A stretch of 64,000 nt of DNA from Octopus sinensis (lineage: Eukaryota). A program made the translations under genes and the position numbers. Below the pieces are notes generated by a model, which searched no databases, was not told where the DNA came from, and saw only the letters and a list, made by a program, of their open reading frames with translations. Below are positions 12,101 to 25,000 of this stretch, piece by piece; the first letter of the stretch is position 1, and every line of letters starts with the position of its first letter. Location of the stretch: contig NC_042997.1 of NCBI RefSeq assembly GCF_006345805.1, positions 211,544,001 through 211,608,000 on the forward strand, in the 5' to 3' direction.

Positions 12101-12335
12101 AAATTCTCGTTTGTACCTATGATCATAGGTGCATTAGGCTATGTGCTTACACACTTACACAACCACCTGGAAATGTTAGGCTTTTCCGAAGAAAGATCAA
12201 AAGAGACCTCCAAAATCCGATCTCTGCATGGCACAGTGAAGATTTTGTAAGACATTCCAAAGATTTACCATCAGAGATTTTTTAGTTGAATAGATGCACG
12301 TGCTTGAGTCTGGGCATCAAGAGTTCAATCTGCAC

Positions 12336-12815
12336 ATGATGGCTGCCCCCTCGTTATCGAGTATGGCCATTGCACAAAGCTTAACTGTTATCGGTGCTGT
12401 GATCGAATGTGACTTTTTAGCCCAGCTAAATGTCTTGTACAGAATTGGCAACTAAAACCTTTACTGGTAATAGCCGGCTGTAGTTGTAACTGGGCTTCAT
12501 GTACCTTTGCATGTCGTTTAAGTCCTCCTGCCGAATTACACTCTCTTCCACATGCCCGACAGATATGATTAGTATGGTGTGTTACACCACCACCAGTGGC
12601 CAAGTTGTCACTCATCTGTCTCGCTTTATGACTACGAAGATGACTCTTGAGTCCAGCTTTACTGAGGCAGGGTCTTGCACAGACACTGCATGTCAGCATC
12701 ATAGGAAGACCCTTCCCATCTGAAAGTGCTACAGCGATGCCCTTCCTGACATCCCTCCTTACTTTCTCATGTGCAACTCGAGATTTCTGAAAAGTAGCTG
12801 TCCTCTCGTGATAGA
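12336..12815 (-). mobile_element. 3' end of a second RTE-type LINE family with three C2H2 zinc fingers
   Basis: TFQKSRVAHEKVRRDVRKG, then CSVC..SHLRSH, CRAC..RHAKVH, CQFC..SHIRSQH, stop at 12388, and a short 3' UTR ending gcagccatcat. The upstream in-frame part of the ORF is satellite sequence. Confidence 0.7.
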
Positions 12816-12824
12816 TATATAGAT

Positions 12825-14420
12825 ATTTTTCCCAAAAGTTTGTGAAAAATTTTTTACCAAAATTTTTCAAAATTTTTCCCAAAATTTGTGAAAATTTTCC
12901 TCAAAAACTTTTGAAATAATTTTGAAAATTTTTCTCAAAAATTTTTGAAAATTTTTCCCAAAAGTTTTTCAAAATTTTTCCCTAAGATTTTTTAAAATTT
13001 CTCCCAAAAATTTTTGAAAATTTTCCCCCAAAGTTTTTGAAAATTTTCCTCAAAAATTTTTGAAAAGTTTAAAAAAAATTTTCGCAAACATTTTTGAAAA
13101 TTATTGAAAAGTTATTCAAAATTTTTCCCGAACATTTAAAAAAATTTCTCCCAAACATTTTTGAAAATTTTCCACAAAAATTTTTGAAAATTTTCCTCAA
13201 AAATTTTTTTTTAAATTTTTGAAAATTTCTCGCAAACATTTTTGAAAGTTTTCCCCCAAAATTATTCAAAATTTTTCACAAAGATTTTTCAGAATTTTTC
13301 CCAAATTTTTTTCAAAATTTTCAAGATTTTTTTCGAAAATTTTCACCTAAAATTTTACCCAAAAATTTTCACCAACAATTTTTCGAAAATTTTCACTGAA
13401 AATTTTACCCAAAAATTTCCACCAACAATTTTTCGAAAATTTTACCCAAAATTTTTCACCAAAATTTTAAAAAAATTTTGGGAAAAATTCTGAAAAATCT
13501 TTGTGAAAAATTTCTAATAATTTTGGGGGAAAACTTTCAAAAATGTTTGCGAGAAATTTTCAAAAAGTTTTTAAAAAATTTTTTCGAAAAATTCTTGAGG
13601 AAAATTTTCGAAAAATTTTTGGGTAAAATTTTCGGTGAAAATTTCGTAAAATTTTCGGCGAAAATTTTCGAAAAATTTTCGAAATTTACCCAAAAATTTT
13701 TAGAAAATTTTCCCCAAGAATTTTTCGAAAAAATTTTCCGAAAATCTTACCCAAAAATTTTTGGAAAATTTACACCGAAAATTTTTTGTATATTTTACCC
13801 GAAAATTTTCCACAAAAATTTTTAGAAAGTTTTCACCGAAAATCTTCACCAACAATTTTTCGAAAATTTTTGCCGAAAATTTTCCTCAAAAATGTTTCGA
13901 AAATTTTCACCAACAATTTTTCGAAAATTTTTGCAGAAAATTTTCACCGCCCAGAAATCTTTGGGTAAAATTTTCGGTGAAAATTTTCACCGAAAATTTT
14001 ACCCAAAAATTTTTCGAAAGTTTTCCCAAAAAATTTTTCGAAAATGTACCCCAAAAATTTTTCGAAAATTTTCCCCAAAAAATTTTCGAAAATTTTACCC
14101 AAAAATTTTTGGCTAAAATTTTCGTGGAAAATTTTCGAAAATTTTACCCAAAAATTTTTGGTTAAAATTTTCGTGGAAAATTTTCGAAAGATTTGGGAAA
14201 ATTTTCGGTGAAAATTTTCACCGAGAATTTTCTCCAAAAATTTTCAACGAAAATTTTCACCTAAAATTCTACTCAAAAGTTTTTCGAAAATTTTCCCCAA
14301 AAATATTCCGAAAATTTTTTGCCGAAAATTTCCCCCCAAAATTTTTTGAAAATTTTCACCAAAAATTTTTGAAAATCTTTCGAAAATTTTCCACGAAAAT
14401 TTTAACCAAAAATTTTCCCC
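12825..14420. repeat. Low-complexity A/T-tract satellite built on (G)AAAATTTT(C) units
   Basis: Direct reading. Contains an internal inverted segment (about 13190-13310 versus 13468-13605). Confidence 0.93.
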
Positions 14421-15097
14421 CAATATGTGAGCGTGTGTAGATTTTATATATGTGTATGTATGTGAATGTATATATATGTGTGTGTGTGCCCGCGCGCACA
14501 TATATGCGTGTATGTGTCCGTGTGTTGAATCTTAAAGGCCAGCTAAGGAGAATCATATGTGTAACCAACCATGAAGAACAAATCAACAGTATAAAGAAAT
14601 AAAATATCAATCTCTTTGAAACGGCAACCACTTTAAGGGTACGAGAATCACCATCCCACTACATTTACGTATTCAAAGCACTTTGAATACGTAAATAGGC
14701 TTTGTGACTACTACTAAATTAAGGTCACGACAGAGAAATAGAATGTTCTTGAAGCCGAGGATTTTAAATTTACAGAGACAATATTTACATATCACCTGAG
14801 GAAACACAACTAGACCTCGTAATGCAGAGAAATAGTTTCTTAATCAAGTACCTGCACATCTGGAGAACTACGTTGCGTGCAAACAATTGTAGTGATTAAA
14901 AAATAAATGTCCAACCGTACCCTTCTTGTTGACGCCAATTTTTTCAATTATGTATTCACACACGAGAGATGCCCAAATGCAAACCTAGAAATACATATAA
15001 TACTACTACTGGTAAGCACAGTTTAAATGTGAAAGTGGACGAGCGAGCTTTATACTGTATTCTACTATGTTCTTAACAGAATATACTATAATATACA

Positions 15098-15216
15098 GCG
15101 GAAAGCTGACAGAAACGTTAGCATGCCAGGCGATATGTTCAGCGGTATTTTGTCTGTCTTTATGTTCTGAGTTCAAATTCTGCCAAGGTCGACTTTGCCT
15201 TTCATCCTTTCGGTGG
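15098..15216 (+). mobile_element. SINE 5' half at the duplication junction
   Basis: Nearly identical to 5064-5185. Lacks the tail and a TSD. Confidence 0.88.
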
Positions 15217-15321
15217 TTGATCTATGAGTGACAAAGCAGCTTCGAAATGATCTCCATGCTTATCTGCATCAGGAAAACAATTTGATAATGCCTGTGTTGA
15301 AACTGAGGTCAATCACGATCA

Positions 15322-15553
15322 TTTCTTATTTCTTTACAACCCACAAGGGGCTAAACATAGAGGGGACAAACAAGGACAGACAAACAGATTAAGTCGATTA
15401 TATCGACCCCAGTGCATAACTGGTACTTAACTTATCGACCCCGAAAGGATGAAAGCAAATTCGACCTCGGTGGAATTTGAACTCAGAACGTAACTGCAGA
15501 CGAAATACTGCTAAGCATTTCACCCAGCGTGCTAACGTGTCTGCCAGCTCGCC
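15322..15553 (-). mobile_element. SINE, duplicate of 4686-4918
   Basis: Near-identical sequence. Confidence 0.85.
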
Positions 15554-15696
15554 ACACAATGTGTTGGTATGGGACATTTGTTGCCTGGTCTCCTTGGATA
15601 AAGATCACTATTTCTCTTTGTGTTGATATTCTGTCGTCAGTTCTCAGTTGTACATAACCTCACATATGTACTTCTGCATCCAATATGTTTGGGGTT

Positions 15697-15914
15697 AAGG
15701 CGGAAAGCTGACAGAAACGTTAGCATGCCAGGCGATATGCTCAGCGGTATTTTGTCTGTCTTTATGTTCTGAGTTCAAACTCTGCCAAGGTCGACTTTGC
15801 CTTTCATTCTTTCGGTGGTCGATAAATTAAGTACCAGTTGTATACTGGGGTCAATCTAATCAACTGACCTCCCCTCTCCAACAATCTCAGGCCTTGCACC
15901 TAGAGTAGAAAAGA
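15697..15914 (+). mobile_element. SINE with TSD, duplicate of 5062-5278, inside the duplicated EN remnant
   Basis: Near-identical, flanked by atgtttggggtta on both sides. Confidence 0.88.
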
Positions 15915-16867
15915 ATGTTTGGGGTTAGGTGTGTTTCACTTAGTGCTATACACATTGTCCTTTCTTGCAGTGCAAGGTCTCTAAGATATGATACTTTTGT
16001 TTGATTTGTGAAGAGTGAAAGACCTTGTACATTCGGTATCATTATAGAGTTGAGTATGTGGGTCAATAAAAGCAATGGTGTGGTTGTGCACAGGGGTAAT
16101 AGCAGTGGTTGGTGCCGTGTAAAAGCTAGAAGTTTGTTTTCCCATTTCTTTGCTAGATTCATCACCATTAAAAAAGAATTTTCTTGTTTTGGAAGGGGTT
16201 GTCATCTGGAGTTGGTATGGTTGCACTGTTAAATATGCTTAGAGTTATACTGTTTGCGGCTGTTGATTTTACTATTGTACCCAGCAGATATCTGGGTGAT
16301 TTCTGAGTTTCCATGAAGTCTGGACCAACGCTGTCACTATTAGGGATGTTTCAATTATGGTTTTGTTGGTGGTTTGGTGTCATGCATTGAGTTCCTGGAA
16401 GATGAGTGAAGTGAGTGTTGCACATCAGAAATAATCTTTTATGTTGGGAAAAGCAGCAGATTTTAATTTTCCATGTTACATGTGTAGAAACAACAAAGTT
16501 TGATTTGGTATTTGGTGGTGGTGATGGTGGTGGTGGTGGTGTAATATGTGTGCTTTGGCATTGGAGGGTGTTGCTTGTATGAATGCTGTGTCTTGTCACA
16601 GGCAAATGGGTGAAGTTGCCATCAGTGCATATGCATAGTCTCTCATGTTGAGAACAATGGTATATTCTGGGGTTTTGTGTGTTCATAAATTTTGCTTTAT
16701 TTACAGTTGGAAGATTTATCATGGAACAGTGAGGCATGAATTCATATTAAAGTGGACAGTGGGATGGGGGGAAGAAAGGAATGGGTTTTCACTAACTGAA
16801 GTAGTAGTAGTGGTAATGGTAGGAGTGGTATCTCTCCTTCCTGTGTTACCTCCCATATCTCTTTCCC

Positions 16868-18657
16868 AGTTTTCAGAGTTGGCACTGTAAATGTAGGTAC
16901 ATTGAAAGGTAAGTCTAGTGCGATTGTAGAGATGCTTGAATGGAGACATGCTGATGTATGTTGCATACAAGAGGTAAGGTGGAGAGGAGCTTCAGCCAGA
17001 GTCCTCACAGGCAAAGAACATAGGTATAAACTCTTCTGGGAAGGTAACTGTGATGGAATAGGAGGTGTGGGCATACTTCTTGAAGAGAAATGGATGGATA
17101 AGGTCATAGAGGTAGTGAGGGTGTACGACAGAGAGCTTAAACTCAGGCTAGTCTTACAAAATGGTATAGCTACAATTATCTCTGCCTACGCTCCACAAGT
17201 GGGTCAACCATATTAACAGAAAGATCAGTTTTATGATATTCTTCTGCAGGCTACCTCAAAGACGAGTGACAATGATTTCATCTTTGTGGCTGGAATTTTA
17301 ATGGGCATGTTGGACAGCAACCTGGTATCTACCATGGTGTACATGTCAGCCATGGAGTTTGTACCAGAAATGAAGAGGGAACTAGGCTCCTGGAGTTCTG
17401 TGATGCAAATAACCTATTGATCTACAACACCAACTTCAGGAAGCCAGCCAGCCACATGATAACCTATGAATCGGATAACTCTTCTTGCCAGATTGATTTC
17501 ATTCTCATGAGACAACGGGATACATGGCTGCTTTTAAATACAAAGACCCTCCCTGGTGAAGAATGTACCCCACAGCATAGACTCGTTATTAGTGACTTCA
17601 GACTTGAGGCCAGAAGGATGCCAAAAAGCAGATCAATCTGGAAAGAAGAATTTGGAAGCTTAAGAACCCTTCACATGGTCAGATATTTAGGGACATCATC
17701 ACCGACAAATCTGATGAGAGGGTGGAGGAGCTACAGTCCTGTGACGTAGAAGGCAGCTGGGAATTCCTGCAAGTCTGTTTGCTGAGCACCACAGACCAAA
17801 TCTGTGGCACTGGTGCAAAGTCCCTTCCAGACCTAGGGTAACATGGTGGTGGAACATTATTGTAGACTGGTCTATAAGAGCAAAGAGACAGGCTTGGAAG
17901 GCCTGTAAGAGTGGGGGTAGCAGGAGACTGTATCAGATAGCCAAAAAGGGAAACTAAGAGACAGGTGTATATAGCCAAGGAGTAGCAGAAAAGAAGAAGT
18001 TTGCCAATGTTCAGCAAGGTGAGAACTAAAGAACTGAAGTATTTCGGATTGCAAGACAGTGTGTGAGAGAAAACCGTGATGTCATAGAAGAGAAATGTGT
18101 TTGCATGGATGATGGAGTCCTTGTGTTTAATGATTCTGCAAAGAAAGAGGCTTGGAGATGCCATTGTAAAAGAGTACTGAATGTGGAGAATGAATGGGAG
18201 GAAGAGAGTCTGTCAAAGGTTGACCCAGTAGAGGGACGAGCTACCCAAATCGACAGTACCCTGGTAGATAACGCAATTAAGGATATGGAGACAGGAAAAT
18301 CCCCGGCCCATCAGGAATCACTGCTGAGATGCTTAACATATCTGGTGACGTGGGTTATGGTCTTGTCACCCATACCGTAAATCAGGTTGTTTATGAAGGA
18401 GTCATACCCAATGACTGGTGTAGCAGCACCATAGTCAACTGCTACAAGGGGAAAAGTGATGCTTTTGCTAGAAATAACTACAGCGGTATCAAATTATTGG
18501 ATCGGGTGATGAAAGTTACAGAGAGGGTCATAGCCCAACTGATTAGCGAGAGAGTTAGTCTAGATGAGATGCAGTTTGGTTTTGTGCCAGGCAGAAGCAC
18601 CACTGATGTTATATTTCTGGTAAAGCAACTGCAGGAGAAATACCTAGCCAAAGATAA
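16868..18657 (+). mobile_element. RTE, duplicate of 6236-8026
   Basis: ORFs 16902, 17417, 18063 and 18329 mirror 6270, 6785 and 7431. Confidence 0.9.
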
Positions 18658-19438
18658 ATCTGACCTTGGACCTTGAAAGTTTGCATGAATCCTGGCTCAG
18701 TTAAATCTCTTGTGGCTCCAAATGATGTCACCTGTAATGCACCGTTGTATTGTCTAATTCTGTTTTGGAAATCTTGGAATCTTGGCAATTAATGAAAACA
18801 GTTTCTTAAATGACTGTGGAGGTTGGGGGATTGCAGGGAGTTTAACATTTCCACCCCTGCAGCACAGTGCAAGTGTCTCTCCAGGCCACTTCCTTGCTTT
18901 ACAATGCTTGCACTCAGTTGTCATTGCACCAATGGAAACTCTAGTGCTTTTTTCTTGTTCCTTTGATATTGACTCTGGTTCACTGACAAATTTCGGTTCA
19001 ACCTGTACAATTCTTTATTTTCCGTAGAAGTTTCTTATTTACTTTCTGTCTGTTACCTAGTTATTTTCATTGTTTACTATCTTCTGCACCTGTGTATTTC
19101 TGTATACTTATGTAACCATGCCTAGAAGGAAAGTGTCAAATTTGTCTGCAATGTCAAGGTCAGCCAAAAAAATTTGTCTGCAATGTCAAGGTCAGCTGCG
19201 AAAAGATACAATCAATTTCTGAAACTTACTTCACAAAGAGTTGTGTCCCTTATCAACATAACCCAGGGATGGGTATTTTCTGCTTCCAAGGAGCCCATTA
19301 CTCATTATTTGAAGAATTTTAAGAGTCTGACGCCACACCTGGAACATAAGTAATGTATGTTCACAGTTTGGGGAAAATCAGTTGAAAAATACGGCCGTTA
19401 TAATCTTTACACACACAGAAAGGGATTTATATTATAGA
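18653..19438 (-). mobile_element. Helitron fragment, duplicate of 8022-8801
   Basis: Near-identical sequence and the same gataa junction. Confidence 0.85.
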
Positions 19439-20709
19439 TGTATATATATATATGTGTGTCTGTATATATATGAATATGTGTGTGTGTCTGTGTTTCTACC
19501 CCCACCATTGATTGACAACTGATTTTACTGTGCTTATATCCCCATAACTTAGCTATTTGTCAAAGTACACCGATAGACTAAGTACTAGGCTTACAAAGAA
19601 TAAATCCTGTAGTTGATTTCTTCAACTTTAAGGTGGTGCTCCAGCATGGCTGGAGTCATGTTACTAAAACATGTAAAACAATAAAAATCTGTACCATTTT
19701 AATCCCAAGCAATGCTAGGTAGGTGTCTCTGCTAGTATATATATGTATATATATATATATATATATGAATTAATATAAGGAATTAATAGAAATAAAGATA
19801 AAGGAACACTAATTTCTAAATCAACTTCATCGGCTTACAGTTGTTTCTGCTATGGGTAGCTGTGCAATTAGTGATGTGTGTTTGTGCATCTGCTTCTAAC
19901 TTCCTTGGTTATATATCACCATGATCTTCTTGTCATCATCGTTATGTAGCGTCCTTTCTCCAGGCTGGGTTGGACAGTTTGATAGGATCCAATGGCTGCA
20001 AGGACTGCATTGCACTTCAGTATCTGCTTTGGTGGGATTTCTACGACGTGATGCCCTTCTTAATGCAATAACATTTGCAGAGTTTACTGGGTGCTTTTTT
20101 ATGTCCCTAGCACTTGTGTGCCTCAGAGAGAGATAATTACTCCACACGGTAGTGAGACGTGAGCCCTGAATGCAGAGGACATACGAAGGTTAGAAAAGAA
20201 TGAGGTTAGTCTGCTCCACTGGATGTGTAATGTAAGTGTACTTATTCGACAGAGTGCCAGTGTTCTGAGAGAGAAGTTAGGCAGAAAAGGGAATTTGTTG
20301 CTGTGTGCAAAGGGGGTGACTGTACTGGTTTGGTCATGTGATGTGGATGGATTCCGACAGCTCCTGTTGTCTTTGTCGTAATTTTCACTGTCCTGGTTTT
20401 CTCCTCTTACCCTGATCTCTTTATTGTCGTTGCTGTTCTTCTTTCTATGCTTGTTGCTGCTGTTGTTGTTTTCCTCTTTGTAATCAATTCTCTCTATAGT
20501 CATGATGACTCAGCTGTCATAGTCTTTGTGTGTCCCAACATTTTGTAATCTGAGAAATGGGATTATCTGATCTCAGCTGCATGTTTTGCTGCTGCTGTTG
20601 GCCTATTTTGTGCGAAAGCTCTCTAAAGAGTTCAGTGGATTGGTATTGGGGTTGGTGTTCTATGTATTGAATCAACATTATGAACATCCTTTAATGTCAT
20701 TTGTCCATG

Positions 20710-22680
20710 TTGTCAATCATTGGAGGTGTGACCCGAGCTCGCAAGCTGGGGAGTAGGCTGCACCAGGCTCCAGTCGTATTTGGCTTGGTTTCTATGACTG
20801 GATGCCCTTCCTAACATTTTGCAGACTTTGCTGATTGCTTTTACCACTGGCCCCACATGGAAGCTTTTACCTGACACCACACGGGCTCTTTTAGGTGACA
20901 CCACAACGGCACTTTTATGTAACGCCATACGGACGCTTTACCTGACAACGCATGAGCGCTTTACATGAAATGATGCTTTTACGTGGCACTGCACAAGTGC
21001 TTTTACGTATTGCTTCATGGGCACTTTTAAGTGGTACCATGTGAGCGCTTTCACATAGTACCTCAGGGATGGCTGCATACTACTAGAAGGATTGGTCTTA
21101 AAACTTCTGTTATAAGGTAGTAGGCTTTTGACTGAGGCCAGGTGCCAGGTATCTCGGTCCTTTATCATCTCACCTGAAAGGTTCAGCAGCTCTGAGGTCG
21201 TTCATCAGCACTTCATTCCATGTTCTTCCTGGGTCATAGCCATCAACTTGAGAGAAATGCACTTTTTTATGGAGCTTGGTGGCCTCGACATTCCCATCAC
21301 ATAACAAACCGCACAGTCTTCTCTTGCACACAGCCCAATTCCTCTTATGCCTAACTTCTCTCTCAGAATACTGGCACTCTGTAGAAATGTACGCTTACAT
21401 ACACACCTGGCAGAGCATACACTCTCATTCCTCTCCCCCTTCACATCCTTCTCATTCAGGTATAATTGTTGTTTGTATACATGTATCATACAATCATTCT
21501 TTGAAACAGAGAAACCTTTCGTGGCCAATACAGGTAACAGCTCTCTGAATTTCCTCCATCCTATTCTTATTCTAGCTATTACACTTTCTGTGCATCCTCC
21601 CCTATTACTAATTTGGTCCCGTAGGTCTCAGAGATTATCTACTAATACTAAGGTTCCACCAGGGCATTTGAGAATCTCAATTTCCCAGGTCACTAAAGTT
21701 TTGATGGACCCTGCACATCTTCTATATCCGAAAACCTTCCAAATAACCTACTGCACCTCTTGTGTGACCATAGCTTTCACTGGACACACCATAGAGAGTT
21801 CACCCTTACACTTTTACAACAAATTGAACAGGGCTACCTACATAGGTGGTCTGGAGGACAATGATGAAAAGGAGGGGATACTAAGGACTGAGCCTTGATG
21901 AACTCCTACCTCTACACCTAATTCTTTGCCGTACTCTTGGTGTCTTTGTGCACGGTCTGTACAGCTTTCACCAGTCACTCATCTATCCCTATCCTCCTCA
22001 GAGCCCACCGTATCACACAGCAGGGCACTCTATCGAAAGATTCCTCTAAATAAACAGATGCCAATTATAATGTTTTATTCTTCTCTTGAAATTGCCTGAT
22101 TATGAAAATAGCATCAGAATTGATTCTTCGTTGGACAAAGCTGAACTGCATTTGGTCAAGCCAAATTCTGGGCCATAACTCCCTATGTAATTTCTTCACC
22201 TGGTCCAGGAGTTGATGCTTCTGTAATTGCTTCAATCTATCCTTGTAGCAGCTAACAATGATGCTGCAATGCCAGTCACTGGGTATTACACCTTCCTCAA
22301 TGACTTAATTAACTAATGTAGGGACAAGCCCATAACCTGCCTTATTTTGAGCGTCTCTGCTGTGATTCTGGTTGGAACTGGGGGCTTTCCCATGTTTTTC
22401 ATGTTTTAATTGCCTTCTCTATCACACCACTGTCACTAGGATAGCCAGTCCATCTGTTGGGATCACATGAGGGAGACTCCCTTTATCTCCCATTCGTTTC
22501 TACATTCAACAGTCTCGCAAGTAAACTTTTCACGCTTCTCTCTGTGTCCACATCACTGAGTGCAAGCATACCATATCCATACCTACATTTCTCTCTCCTA
22601 CAATATCCCGTTTTTCTCTGACACACTGTCTCGCAATCCAGTATACATCCTCAAGTTCTGACCATCACGCTGTAGAACTT
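20710..22680 (-). mobile_element. Degenerate RTE, duplicate of 10075-12100
   Basis: Collinear, with many small indels. Confidence 0.8.
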
Positions 22681-22799
22681 TGGAAACATGCTTCTTCACT
22701 TGCTTCTACTGCTTCTACCCTGATATAATTCTCGTTTTGTACCTATGATCATAGGTGCATTAGGCTATGTGTGCTTACACACTTACACAACCACCTGGG

Positions 22800-23060
22800 T
22801 CCCTTGCATGTTCATTTAAGTCCTCCTGCCGATTACACTCTCTTCCACATGCCCGACAGATATGATTAGTATGTGTGTTACACCACCACCAGTGGCCAAT
22901 TGTCACTCATCTGTCTCGCTTTATGACTACGAAGATGACTCTTGAGTCCAGCTTACTGAGGCCGGGTCTTGCACAGACACTGCATGTCAGCATCATAGGA
23001 AGACCCTTCCCATCTGAAAGTGCTACAGCGATGCCCTTCCTGACATCCCTCCTTACTTTC
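22800..23060 (-). mobile_element. Zinc-finger LINE 3' fragment, truncated duplicate of 12336-12815
   Basis: EKVRRDVRKG..CSVCARP retained. The third finger and tail are deleted. Confidence 0.7.
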
Positions 23061-24197
23061 TCAAAATTTTTCACAAAGATTTTTTCAGAATTTTTCCCAA
23101 ATTTTTTCAAATTTTCAAGATTTTTTTCGAAAATTTTCACCTAAAATTTTACCCAAAAAATTTTCACCAACAATTTTTCGAAAATTTTCACTGAAAAATT
23201 TTACCCAAAAATTTCCACCACAATTTTTCGAAAATTTTACCCAAAATTTTTCACCAAAATTTTAAAAAAATTTTGGGAAAAAAATCTGAAAAATCTTTGT
23301 GAAAAATTTCTAATAATTTTGGGGGAAAACTTTCAAAAATGTTTGCGAGAAATTTTCAAAAAATTTTTTTAAAATTTTTTCGAAAAATTCTTGAGGAAAA
23401 TTTTCGAAAAATTTTTGGGTAAAATTTTCGGTGAAAATTTCGTAAAATTTTCGGCGAAAATTTTCGAAAAATTTTCGAAATTTACCCAAAATTTTTAGAA
23501 AATTTTCCCCAAGAATTTTTCGAAAAAATTTTCCGAAAATCTTACCCAAAAATTTTTGGAAAATTTACACCGAAAATTTTTTGTACATTTTACCCCAAAA
23601 TGTTTCGAAAATTTTTGCAGAAAATTTTCACTGCCCAGAAATCTTTGGGTAAAATTTTTTGTATATTTTAACCAAAAATGTTTCGAAAATTTTTGCAGAA
23701 AATTTTCACTGCCCAGAAATCTTTGGGTAAAATTTTCGGTGAAAATTTTCACCGAAAATTTTACCCAAAAATTTTTCGAAAGTTTTCACCAAAAATTTTT
23801 CGAAAATTTTCACCGGAAATTTTACCCAAAAATTCTTCGAAAATTTTCACCGAAAATTTTCCCAAAAAATTTTTCGAAAATTTACCCCCAAAATTTTTCG
23901 AAAATTTCCCCCAAAAATTTTTCGAAAATTTTACCCAAAAATTTGTCAAAAATTTTCACCGAGAATTTTCTCCAAAAATTTTCAACGAAAATTTTCACCT
24001 AAAATTCTACTCAAAAGTTTTTCGAAAATTTTCCCCAAAAATTTTTTGAAAATTTTCCCCAAAAATATTCCGAAAATTTTCACCGAAAATTTTTTGCCGA
24101 AAATTTCCCCCCAAAATTTTTTGAAAATTTTCACCAAAAATTTTTGAAAATCTTTCGAAAATTTTCCACGAAAATTTTAACCAAAAATTTTCCCCCA
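23060..24197. repeat. Low-complexity AAAATTTT satellite, duplicate copy
   Basis: Direct reading. Confidence 0.93.
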
Positions 24198-24871
24198 ATA
24201 TGTGAGCGTGTGTAGATTTTATATATGTGTATGTATGTGAATGTATATATATGTGTGTGTGTGCCGGCCGCGCGCATATATGCGTGTATGTGTTCCGTGT
24301 GTTGAATCTTAAAGCCAGCTAAGGAGAATCATATGTGTAACCAACCATGAAGAACAAATCAACAGTATAAAGAAATAAAATATCAATCTCTTTGAAACGG
24401 CAACCACTTTAAGGGTACGAGAATCACCATACCCACTACAATTACGTATCAAAGCACTTTGAATACGTAAATAGGCTTTGTGACTACTACGAAAATTTTC
24501 GAAATAGAAGCGAGCGATTTTTAATTTACAGAGACAATATTTACATATCACCTGAGGAAACACAACTAGACCTATAATGCAGGGAAATAGTTTCTTAATC
24601 AAGTACCTGTACATCTGGAGAGAACTACGTTGCGTGCAAACAATTGTAGTGATTAAAAAATAAATGTCCAACCGTACCCTTCTTGTTGACGCCAATTTTT
24701 TCAATTATGTATTCACACACGAGAGATGCCCAAATGCAAACCTAGAAAACATATAATACTAATACTACTACTGGAAAGCACAGTTTAAATGTGAAATGGG
24801 ACGAGAGCGAGCTTTATACTGTATTCTACTATGTTCTTAACAGAATATACTATAATTATATATATACATAT

Positions 24872-25000
24872 ATAAGACGGGCTTCTTACGGTTTACGTCA
24901 ACCAGATATACTCACAAGTCTTTGGTCGGCCCGAGTCTATAGCAGAAGACACTTGCCCAAGGTGTCACGCAATAGTACTGAACCCAGAACCTTGTGGTTG
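24872..25000 (-). mobile_element. SINE central fragment
   Basis: Reverse complement ccaaccacaaggttctgggttcagtac..accttgggcaagtgtcttctgctatagactcgggccgaccaaag, with a CORE-like ttgggcaagt. Confidence 0.6.

Larger units (their letters stand above)
4581..15092. repeat. Tandem segmental duplication, copy 1 (~10.5 kb)
   Basis: ttgacctatgagtgacaaagc at 4581 corresponds to ttgatctatgagtgacaaagc at 15217. The same ordered content and near-identical ORFs recur at an offset of about 10.6 kb. Confidence 0.93.
15217..24856. repeat. Tandem segmental duplication, copy 2 (~9.6 kb)
   Basis: Ends at cagaatatactataat (24841-24856), matching 15077-15092. Lacks about 12170-12500 and about 12775-13265 of copy 1. 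Confidence 0.93.

Noticed and set aside
12388-12882. Host C2H2 zinc-finger gene
   Set aside because: There are no TGEKP linkers, it is preceded by an RTE-type basic helix, it ends in a LINE-like tail, and the ORF start lies in satellite.
13069-14237. K/F/N-rich ORFs (also 23310-24198)
   Set aside because: These are translations of the low-complexity satellite.
24309-24704. ZAD/zf-AD-like motif PQVICKYCLCKL
   Set aside because: The first CxxC pair is missing, the frame is not preserved in copy 1, and this segment is indel-rich.
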